From NCBI GenBank assembly GCA_903839865.1, contig CAIMEE010000596.1, forward strand, positions 8,493 through 72,492: a stretch of 64,000 nt of DNA, given 5' to 3'. Position numbers and translations under genes: made by a program. Source of the stretch: Enhydrobacter aerosaccus (GTDB lineage: Bacteria; Pseudomonadota; Alphaproteobacteria; Reyranellales; Reyranellaceae). A model generated the notes under the pieces. That model was not told the origin of the DNA and ran no database searches. It saw only the letters and a list, made by a program, of their open reading frames with translations. Shown here piece after piece: positions 56,579-64,000 of this stretch (positions are counted from its first letter, which is position 1; each line of letters begins with the position of its first letter).

Positions 56579-57343
56579 ATGCCCCAGTTCACATCCGACG
56601 GCCTGAACCTTTCCTATGATGAATTCGGTCCGGCCGACGCGCGCAAGGCGATCGTGCTGGTGCACGGCTTCTCGTCGAACAAATACGAGAACTGGAAGCG
56701 CATGGGCTGGTACGACGCGATCGCGGGCAAGGGCCTGCGCGGCCTGGCGCTCGACTGTCGCGGCCACGGCGAGAGCGCCAAGCCGCATGATGCAGCGCAA
56801 TACGATCGCGCGAAGATGGCCCAGGACGTCTTCACCCTGATGGATCATGCCGGGATCGAGCGCGCACACCTTCTGGGCTTCTCGATGGGCGCGCACATCG
56901 CGCTGACCGCTGCCATGAACGACGGCGGCCGCATCGACCATCTCGTGGTCGCCGGTGTCGGCGGCAATATCTTCGAGCCGGGCCGCGAGCCCGATGCGAT
57001 GGCCACGGCGATGGAAGCGGCCTCCCCGGACGAAATTACCGATCCGATGCTGAAGAGCTTCCGCCACTTCGCCGACGAGCAGAAGGAAGACCGGCTGGCG
57101 CTGGCCGCCTGCTCGCGCGGCCAGCGGCTCGAGATCACGCGCGATGCGCTGTTCGCGATCCGGCGGCCGACCCTGGTGATCGCGGGTCAACGCGACCAGC
57201 TCGCGGGACCGCCGCAGGGGCTGGCGCAAGCCATCGCGGGCGCCAAGGCCGTGACGCTGCCAGGCTGCGACCACTTCTCGATGATCGCGCACGGCCTCTT
57301 CAAGGCGAACGTGTTCGACTTCTTCGACGGCTGGCTCGAGTAA
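56579..57343 (+). CDS. Alpha/beta hydrolase
   Basis: LVHGF, DCRGHG, GFSMG nucleophile elbow, C-terminal DH. Confidence 0.9.
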   Translation: MPQFTSDGLNLSYDEFGPADARKAIVLVHGFSSNKYENWKRMGWYDAIAGKGLRGLALDCRGHGESAKPHDAAQYDRAKMAQDVFTLMDHAGIERAHLLGFSMGAHIALTAAMNDGGRIDHLVVAGVGGNIFEPGREPDAMATAMEAASPDEITDPMLKSFRHFADEQKEDRLALAACSRGQRLEITRDALFAIRRPTLVIAGQRDQLAGPPQGLAQAIAGAKAVTLPGCDHFSMIAHGLFKANVFDFFDGWLE

Positions 57344-58060
57344 ATGGCAAGGGTCTCGTTCAAATCGATTCGGGCACGCGCCGAAAAGCGGAAGGGCGGC
57401 GCCAAGGTGCTGACGTCGCTCCTGCCACGGAAGCCCAACAACAAGGCGATCGCGAAGCTTCCCGACGACCGCATCCTGTCGGACATCGCCGCGCGCATCT
57501 TCTCGGCGGGCTTCGTGTGGAGCGTGATCGACAAGAAGTGGCCGGGCTTCGAGGAAGCCTTCCTGGGCTTCAATCCCAAGCGGCTTCTGTTCCAGCCGGC
57601 CGAATTCTGGGAGAAGCTGGCCAGCGACAAGCGCATCGTGCGCCACGCCGGCAAGATCAAGGCGGTGCGCGACAACGCGAAGTTCGTGACCGAGGTCGCT
57701 CACGAGCACGGCAGCTTCGGCAAGTTCCTCAGCCGTTGGCCCGCCGACGATCAGGTCGGCCTGATGGAGTTTCTCGCGAAGCGCGGCTCGCGGCTGGGCG
57801 GGTTCAGCGGCCAGTATTTCCTGCGCTTTCTCGGCTGGGACGCCTTCGTGCTGCAGGGCGACGTGCTGACCTGCCTGCGCGACAGCGGCGTGGAGATCGG
57901 CACCGGCACCTCGAAGAAGGACCTGCGCGCGGCACAGGCGCAACTCAATGCCTGGGCCCGGGAGAGCGGTTTGCCGATCAGCCACGTCTCGCGCATCTGT
58001 GCGCTCTCGATCGGCGAGAACCATCCCGTCGCGCGCCTCAAGGAGATCATGCAGTCATGA
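57344..58060 (+). CDS. DNA-3-methyladenine glycosylase I family protein
   Basis: IFSAGFVWSVIDKKWPGFEEAF, IVRHAGKIKAVRDNA. Confidence 0.82.
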   Translation: MARVSFKSIRARAEKRKGGAKVLTSLLPRKPNNKAIAKLPDDRILSDIAARIFSAGFVWSVIDKKWPGFEEAFLGFNPKRLLFQPAEFWEKLASDKRIVRHAGKIKAVRDNAKFVTEVAHEHGSFGKFLSRWPADDQVGLMEFLAKRGSRLGGFSGQYFLRFLGWDAFVLQGDVLTCLRDSGVEIGTGTSKKDLRAAQAQLNAWARESGLPISHVSRICALSIGENHPVARLKEIMQS

Positions 58061-58782
58061 CCGAACTCCTGCTGATCAATCCCAACACCACGCAGTCGAT
58101 CACCGACCTGGTGCTGAAGCACGCGACGACCTTCGCCGCAAAGGGCACCAAGCTGCGCGCCGTCACCGGCGCCTTCGGTCCGCGCTACGTCGCCTCGCGC
58201 ATCGGCTACGCCATCGCGGGCCACGCCGCCGTCGACGCGCTCGCCAACGACAAGGGGCGTAAGGATGCCGTCGTGCTCGCCTGCTTCGGCGATCCCGGAC
58301 TCGCGGCCCTGAAGGAAGTGAGCGACGTCCCGGTGGTCGGCATGGCCGACGCCTCGATCCTGCAGGCCTGCGCCATGGGCAAGAAATTCTCTATCGTGAC
58401 CGGCGGCGAGCGCTGGAAGCCGATGCTGGAGGAATTCGTGGCGAGCCACGGGCTCGCGTCACGGCTCGCGTCGGTGCGCACCGTCGCGCCGACCGGTGCC
58501 GACATCGCGCGCAATCCGAAAGCTGCGATGGCACTGCTCGCGAAGGGCTGCAATGCCTGTGCGGCGGACGGGGCCGATGTCGTGATCCTGGGCGGCGCGG
58601 GCCTCGCGGGCCTCGCGGCAAAGCTCAAGTCGCAGGTCGATGTCCCTCTTCTCGATGGGGTTGCCTGCGCCATTTCCATGGCCGAGGCGCTCGCGGGCCA
58701 GAAGCTCGTGCGCATGGGCACCCAGCCCGCGCCGGTCGACAGCATCGGCCTCAGCAAAGGGCTCGCAAAGCTGATCGGATAG
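58057..58782 (+). CDS. Asp/Glu/hydantoin racemase family protein
   Basis: LINPNTT, LACFGDPGL, ILGGAGL; start at 58057. Confidence 0.88.
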   Translation: MTELLLINPNTTQSITDLVLKHATTFAAKGTKLRAVTGAFGPRYVASRIGYAIAGHAAVDALANDKGRKDAVVLACFGDPGLAALKEVSDVPVVGMADASILQACAMGKKFSIVTGGERWKPMLEEFVASHGLASRLASVRTVAPTGADIARNPKAAMALLAKGCNACAADGADVVILGGAGLAGLAAKLKSQVDVPLLDGVACAISMAEALAGQKLVRMGTQPAPVDSIGLSKGLAKLIG

Positions 58783-58798
58783 ACCTAGGGTCCGTCCC

Positions 58799-59641
58799 AT
58801 GCGGTTGCTCAGTTTTCGCCATGCGGGCGCGTCGAAATTCGGCGCACTCGTCGAGAGCGGCATCGTCGATCTGTCGGCCCGCACACAGGGCCGCTGGAAC
58901 GGCCTGCGCGAAGTGTTGGCCGCGAAGGCGCTGCCCGAGCTCGCGGCGTTGGCCAAGGGCGCGACCGCGGATCTCCAGTTCGGCGATGTCGAGTTGCTGC
59001 CGGTGATTCCTGATCCGGAAAAGATCCTCTGCATCGGCGTCAACTATGCGAGCCACGCGGCGGAGGTCGGCCGCGACCTTCCCCCGGCGCCCAGCGTCTT
59101 CTCACGCCTGCACAACACGCTGGTGCCGGCGGGCGGAAACATCGTGCGGCCCAAGGCCTCGATCGCCTTCGACTACGAGGGAGAATTGGCGGTCATTATC
59201 GGCGAGCGGTGTCGCCATGTTCCGCGCGGTCGCGCGCTCTCGGTGATCGCGGGCTACACCTGTTTCATCGATGCGAGCGTGCGCGATTTCCAGAAGCACT
59301 CCGTCACCGCCGGCAAGAACTTCCCCGCGACCGGTCCTCTGGGGCCCTGGATGGTCACGGCCGACGTGGTGACCGATCCGCAGCGGCTCGAACTCACGAC
59401 GCGACTGAACGGCAATATTGTGCAGCGCGACACGACCGATCACATGATCTTCGACGTCGCCACCCTCATCGAGTATCTTTCGACCGTCACCTGGCTCGAG
59501 CCTGGCGACGTCATCGCCACCGGCACGCCCGATGGCGTCGGCCTCGGCCGCAAGCCGCCGCTCTGGATGAAGGGCGGCGACAAGCTCGAGGTGGAGATCT
59601 CCGGAATCGGGACCTTGAACGTCAATGTCGTCGACGAGTGA
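58799..59641 (+). CDS. Fumarylacetoacetate hydrolase family protein
   Basis: CIGVNY, DYEGEL, GKNF, DVIATGTPDGVG. Confidence 0.92.
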   Translation: MRLLSFRHAGASKFGALVESGIVDLSARTQGRWNGLREVLAAKALPELAALAKGATADLQFGDVELLPVIPDPEKILCIGVNYASHAAEVGRDLPPAPSVFSRLHNTLVPAGGNIVRPKASIAFDYEGELAVIIGERCRHVPRGRALSVIAGYTCFIDASVRDFQKHSVTAGKNFPATGPLGPWMVTADVVTDPQRLELTTRLNGNIVQRDTTDHMIFDVATLIEYLSTVTWLEPGDVIATGTPDGVGLGRKPPLWMKGGDKLEVEISGIGTLNVNVVDE

Positions 59642-59645
59642 TCCG

Positions 59646-60908
59646 ATGAGCCTACCGGCCGACACCGGTGCCAATATCGACGCCAGAGCAGGCGTCGTGC
59701 GCGACGCCAAGGTGATCAGCCTGATCACCATGGCGCATTTCGTGAGCCACCTGCATGCCCTGCTGCTGCCGCCGGTCTTCGTGCTGGTGAAGGACTCGTT
59801 TGGCGTTGGCTACACCGAGATCGCGCTGGCACTCACCGGCTACAACATCGTCTCGGCGCTGCTGCAGACGCCGGCCGGCTTCCTGGTCGACCGCATCGGA
59901 CCGCGTATCATGCTCACCGGCGGACTTCTCGTCGCAACGACGGCGACGGCCATGGTGGCGCTGCTGCCGGGCTATTGGACCTTCATCGCAGCTTACGCGC
60001 TGCTGGGCGTCGCCAACACCGTCTATCATCCGGCCGACTATTCGATCCTGTCGAGCGTCGACGGCAAGCGCATCGGCAAGGCTTTCTCGATCCACAATTT
60101 CTCGGGATACGCAGGCTTCGGCGCGGCGCCCGCGTTCATGATCACCTGCACCGCGCTGTGGGGCTGGCACGGCGCCTACCTCGCCGCCTCGCTGCTGGCG
60201 CTTTGCGCAGCCGTCACGCTGATGGCCGCGGGCCACATCCTGCCCAAGGCACCGCGCCGGCCGGTGCCCGCCGCAAAAAACGCGGAGACGAAGGACGGCA
60301 AGGTCGGCTGGGACCTGCTGCTGAGCGCGCCCATCCTGCGCAACCTGTTCTTCTTCCTCTGCCTCGGCATGGCCAACGGCGGCATCCAGACCTACTCGGT
60401 GGTGTCGCAGCAGGTGATGTTCGGCACGCCGGCGGCGATCTCCAACATCGCGCTCTCGGGCTTCCTGCTGATGAGCGCGGCGGGCGTGCTGCTGGGCGGC
60501 GTCATCGCCGATCGCACCGAGCACCACGGCCGCGTAGCCGCGATCGGCTTTGCCTGCACCGCCGTGATGACGATCCTGATGGGCTGGGTCGCCTTGCCCG
60601 GTTATGCCCTGATCCTGGTGATGTCGGTGGGCGGCGTGCTGAACGGCATGATCCAGCCGTCGCGCGACATGATGGTGCGCGCGGTCACGCCGCCGGGCTC
60701 ATTCGGCAAGGTGTTCGGCTTCGTCACGACGGGACTCAATCTCGGCGGCATGGTGGCGCCACTGGCCTATGGCTGGATGATGGATCATGGCCAGCCGCAG
60801 ATGATCTATGCTGTCGTCACCCTCTTTATTCTCCTGGCGCTGGTGACCGCGATCACCCGCCGCAAACCGGAAGGCTCTCTCCATGGACTCGCTCGCGCCG
60901 GCTCTTGA
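59646..60908 (+). CDS. MFS transporter (Fsr-like)
   Basis: GFLVDRIGPR, NTVYHP, QPSRD; many TM segments. Confidence 0.88.
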   Translation: MSLPADTGANIDARAGVVRDAKVISLITMAHFVSHLHALLLPPVFVLVKDSFGVGYTEIALALTGYNIVSALLQTPAGFLVDRIGPRIMLTGGLLVATTATAMVALLPGYWTFIAAYALLGVANTVYHPADYSILSSVDGKRIGKAFSIHNFSGYAGFGAAPAFMITCTALWGWHGAYLAASLLALCAAVTLMAAGHILPKAPRRPVPAAKNAETKDGKVGWDLLLSAPILRNLFFFLCLGMANGGIQTYSVVSQQVMFGTPAAISNIALSGFLLMSAAGVLLGGVIADRTEHHGRVAAIGFACTAVMTILMGWVALPGYALILVMSVGGVLNGMIQPSRDMMVRAVTPPGSFGKVFGFVTTGLNLGGMVAPLAYGWMMDHGQPQMIYAVVTLFILLALVTAITRRKPEGSLHGLARAGS

Positions 60909-61722
60909 TGCCCAGAAGGAAGCCCTGCAGCGCCGCTACGGCGCGGCAGGCATGCCTGCCTCCGGACCGTGGAACGAGGTCATCGCCACGATGCTCGACC
61001 ACCGCTCGGTGCGCGGCTACAAGCCCGACCCGGTGCCGGCCGGCGCGCTCGAGACCATGATCGCCGCGGCCCAGTCGGCCGCAACCAGTTCCAACATGCA
61101 GTGGACGTCGGTGATCGCCACGACCGACCCTGCCAAGAAGAAGGTGCTGGCCGAGATCGCGGGCGGTCAGAAACATATCGAGCAGTGTCCGCTTTATCTG
61201 TGCTGGATCGCGGACATGAACCGGCACGTCACGATTTCGGCCGCCGAGCAGGTCGAGTTCCACACCATGCCGTGGCTTGAGACCTTCATGGTCGCCTGCA
61301 TCGACGTGGCGCTGGCGGCGCAGAATGCCGTGGTCGCCGCCGAATCGCTCGGCCTCAGCACAGTCTATATCGGCGCCATGCGCAACGACCCGGTGCGCGT
61401 CGCCGAGCTGTTCAATCTGCCGAAGCAATCCTTTGTCGTGTTCGGCCTCTGCGTCGGCTATGCGGCCGAGAAGTCCGTCGGCGAGGTGAAGCCGCGCCTG
61501 TCGCAGGCCGCGATCCTGCACCATGAAAAGTACGACAACTCGGCGGCCCATGCCGAGCGACTGGCGCACGACGAGGAGATGATGCGATTCTCGGCGCGTC
61601 ACGAGCTGCAGGCCGGCACCTGGACACAGCGTGTCCTCAACCGCCTCGGGCCCCTGAAGTCGATGCAGGGCCGCGAACGCATGCGCGCAGCGCTGGCCAA
61701 GCTCGGCTTCGAGATTCGCTGA
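60883..61722 (+). CDS. NfsA/Frp-type NADPH-dependent nitroreductase / flavin reductase
   Basis: HRSVRGY, AQSAATSSNMQ, AAESLGL..VYIGAMRN, KPRL. Confidence 0.9.
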   Translation: MDSLAPALDAQKEALQRRYGAAGMPASGPWNEVIATMLDHRSVRGYKPDPVPAGALETMIAAAQSAATSSNMQWTSVIATTDPAKKKVLAEIAGGQKHIEQCPLYLCWIADMNRHVTISAAEQVEFHTMPWLETFMVACIDVALAAQNAVVAAESLGLSTVYIGAMRNDPVRVAELFNLPKQSFVVFGLCVGYAAEKSVGEVKPRLSQAAILHHEKYDNSAAHAERLAHDEEMMRFSARHELQAGTWTQRVLNRLGPLKSMQGRERMRAALAKLGFEIR

Positions 61723-62250
61723 TTGGCCTCGCGCCGCGCGGCACTTCTCGGCCTTCTCGCGTTTTCAGGGGCATCGCCGGCGGCCTCCCAGCAGTGGGTG
61801 ACCTTCCAGCCCGGCGGCGTGACGGGCTTTCGCGTCGATTTCCCCGGTACACCCACGATCAGCGGCAGCAACGCCGCCGGCACGCGCTACGGCATGTCGG
61901 CCACCGTCACCGCCAAGCTCAAGACCGGCGACGGCGTGACGTTCCACATCACCTACACGGCCTATCCCGCCGGCACGGCCTCACGTGAACCCCAGAAGGT
62001 GCTCGATACGACGCAGTTCGGCCGCACGGCAGTCGGCAACGCGCAGTCCTTGCGGCGGTTCAGCTTCGACGGCCACCCGGCGCAGCGTACCGTCGTCGAC
62101 TGGCATGGTCCCCAGCCGCTGATGATCGTGGCGCTGGACGTGACTCGCGGCGACTGGCTCTACTCGGTCTACTGCTTCGCGCCCCGCGGCCAGGAGAACA
62201 GCCCCGCGATCGCCCGCTTCCTCGATTCCTTCGCTCTGCTGCCTCAATAG
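61723..62250 (+). CDS. Exported hypothetical protein
   Basis: TTG start, signal peptide, FRVDFPGTP and C-terminal RFLDSF. Confidence 0.7.
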   Translation: MASRRAALLGLLAFSGASPAASQQWVTFQPGGVTGFRVDFPGTPTISGSNAAGTRYGMSATVTAKLKTGDGVTFHITYTAYPAGTASREPQKVLDTTQFGRTAVGNAQSLRRFSFDGHPAQRTVVDWHGPQPLMIVALDVTRGDWLYSVYCFAPRGQENSPAIARFLDSFALLPQ

Positions 62251-62258
62251 GACTACGA

Positions 62259-62702
62259 CTACGACTTCGGCTCCAGCCAGTCGTGTTCGAGCGTCCGCAT
62301 CCGGCCGGTGATCGCGAACAGGAAGGCCGTCGACCAGCCGAACAGCAGCAGGCCGTTGGCCCCCTCGATGGCGCCGAACAGGCGCCAACGGTGGTCGAGC
62401 ACGACGTCGCCATAGCCTATCGTCGTGAAGCTGGTCGTCGAGAAATAGAGCGCCGATTCGAAATCGGACAGCGCCCCGATGGTCAGGTAGGCGAAGGCGT
62501 AGGACCAGATCTCGACCGTGTGGATCGCGACCAGCCCGAGCACCACGAACAGGATCGCCGCGCCCTGGCCCGTCCACTTCTCGTGGGCACGAAACCGGTG
62601 GCCGCTGCGGCGGAGCAGCCAGATCAACCCCAGCAGCCCGATGAAATGAATCGTGACCGTCAGCCCCACCATGAACGTGGCAAGAATGAAGTTCGCGATC
62701 AT
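62259..62702 (-). CDS. Small potassium-channel-family protein
   Basis: LYFSTTSFTTIGYGD selectivity-filter motif flanked by TM helices. Confidence 0.88.
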   Translation of the reverse strand: MIANFILATFMVGLTVTIHFIGLLGLIWLLRRSGHRFRAHEKWTGQGAAILFVVLGLVAIHTVEIWSYAFAYLTIGALSDFESALYFSTTSFTTIGYGDVVLDHRWRLFGAIEGANGLLLFGWSTAFLFAITGRMRTLEHDWLEPKS

Positions 62703-63829
62703 CCGTGCGGCACCAGGATCTGGCGCACCGTGGCCACGTCCTGCAGCCGGTCGAAGCCTTCGTTCAGCTCGTCGAAGCCGATGCGCTTGCTCACCATGCG
62801 GTCGACCGGCAGCTTGCCCTGCTGGTAGAGCGCGATGAAGCGCGGGATGTCGCGTACCGGCACGCAGCTTCCCATGTACGAGCCCTTGATCGTCTTCTCC
62901 TCGCTAACGAGCTGGCTCTGCTTGAAGGAGAAATCCGCGGCGATCGGCGAGAGGCCGGCGGTCACGGTCGTGCCGCCCCAGCGCGTGACGAGATAGGCCG
63001 TCTCCATCGCCTTGATGGTGCCCGCGAGGTCGAAGGCATAGTCGACACCGCCGTTGGTGAGGTCCCGCACCTGCTTGATATGATCGGCATCCTTGGCGTT
63101 CACCGTGTCGGTGGCGCCGAGCTGGCGCGCGAGACCGAGCTTGTCGTCGCTGAGATCGATGGCGACGATGCGGCTCGCGCCCGCCAGCACCGCACCCAGC
63201 AGGCCCGAGAGGCCGACGCCGCCCAGACCGACGATGGCAACCGTGCTGCCGGGCTGGATCTGCGCGGTGTTCACGACCGCACCCACGCCCGTCACGACCG
63301 CGCAGCCGAACAGGGCGGCGACGTCGAGCGGCAGGCTCTTGTCGATCACGACGATCGAACCGCGATCGACAACGGCATATTCCGCGTAGCACGACACGCC
63401 GGAATGATGGTTCACCGGCTTGCCGTCGAGATGCAGGCGATGATGGCCCGACAGCAGCTGTCCGGCCGCCCGCGGCGTGATCGAGCGCTCGCAGATGTAG
63501 GGCCGTCCCTCGAGGCAGCGCCGGCAGCGGCCGCAGCTCACGTTGAAGGTGAAGCAGACGTGATCGCCCTTCTTCACGTCATGAACGCCCGCACCCAGCT
63601 CGACGATCTCGCCCGCGCCCTCGTGGCCGAGCACGATCGGCACGGGCCGCGGCCGGTCGCCGTTGATCAACGACAGGTCGGAGTGGCAGAGCCCGCCGCC
63701 GCCCACTTTCACCAGCACCTCGCCTTCGCCCGGCGGATCGAGATCGACCTCGACGACGTGGATCGGCTTGGATTTGGCGAACGGCCGCGGCGCGCCGCAC
63801 ACCGTCAGGACTCCGGCTTTTATTTTCAT
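62699..63829 (-). CDS. Zinc-dependent alcohol dehydrogenase family protein
   Basis: CHSD, GHEGAG, CGRCRRC...C, GLGGVG; start MKIKAG at 63829. Confidence 0.93.
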   Translation of the reverse strand: MKIKAGVLTVCGAPRPFAKSKPIHVVEVDLDPPGEGEVLVKVGGGGLCHSDLSLINGDRPRPVPIVLGHEGAGEIVELGAGVHDVKKGDHVCFTFNVSCGRCRRCLEGRPYICERSITPRAAGQLLSGHHRLHLDGKPVNHHSGVSCYAEYAVVDRGSIVVIDKSLPLDVAALFGCAVVTGVGAVVNTAQIQPGSTVAIVGLGGVGLSGLLGAVLAGASRIVAIDLSDDKLGLARQLGATDTVNAKDADHIKQVRDLTNGGVDYAFDLAGTIKAMETAYLVTRWGGTTVTAGLSPIAADFSFKQSQLVSEEKTIKGSYMGSCVPVRDIPRFIALYQQGKLPVDRMVSKRIGFDELNEGFDRLQDVATVRQILVPHG

Positions 63830-64000
63830 CAGCTGATTCCTCCATCGACACGGACGATGGAGCCCGTGGTGAAACTCGATTGGCTCGACGCCAGGTAAAG
63901 CGCGGCGGTGACGATCTCTTCCGGCCGGCCGCTGCGCTGCAGCGCCGCCGTCGCATTCTTCTTGTGCTCCTCCGGCCACGCCTTGCTGACGTCGGTCAGG
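63829..64000 (-). CDS. SDR family oxidoreductase, 3' end only
   Basis: Manual translation ...[56 protein letters not shown]. Confidence 0.85.
   Translation of the reverse strand, partial: LTDVSKAWPEEHKKNATAALQRSGRPEEIVTAALYLASSQSSFTTGSIVRVDGGIS

Noticed and set aside
61720-61725. TGA followed in frame by the next ORF (nitroreductase to exported protein); the same arrangement occurs at 31596-31601 (PhyH to add)
   Set aside because: Both flanking proteins look complete, there is no Cys/redox context or SECIS-like hairpin, and a start codon follows; ordinary tight packing, not read-through.
62251-62266. GACTAC short tandem repeat at a convergent junction
   Set aside because: Too short to distinguish from chance.

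Overview
High-GC (roughly two-thirds by eye), gene-dense bacterial chromosomal segment. The gene repertoire (Bug/TctC and ABC substrate-binding proteins, EcfG-type promoters, a Rhizobiales-type palindromic repeat) fits an Alphaproteobacterium, possibly Reyranella-like; this is inference. About 60 genes, mostly transport and catabolism: sugar, peptide and nucleoside ABC systems; a nucleoside-salvage operon (cdd, PNP, deoA, PHYHD1-like dioxygenase, add, class C phosphatase); a hydantoinase/amidase/fused amine-oxidoreductase/DHDPS-family cluster; two sulfatases; a Co-type nitrile hydratase; an amidase; two LLM monooxygenases. No rRNA, tRNA, CRISPR array or transposase was seen. The main hidden signal is a selenoprotein gene that the ORF track cuts at its UGA (11257..10733, minus strand). 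It reads D-U-G-S-C-S-S-C (UGSC family; UxxCxxC as in glycine reductase GrdB), has an fdhF-like SECIS hairpin just after the UGA, and lies directly behind an uncharacterised 351-aa partner ending in CxxC. Other features missed by the ORF track: two small ORFs under 60 aa, four EcfG-type stress promoters, and a frameshifted outer-membrane-protein pseudogene.
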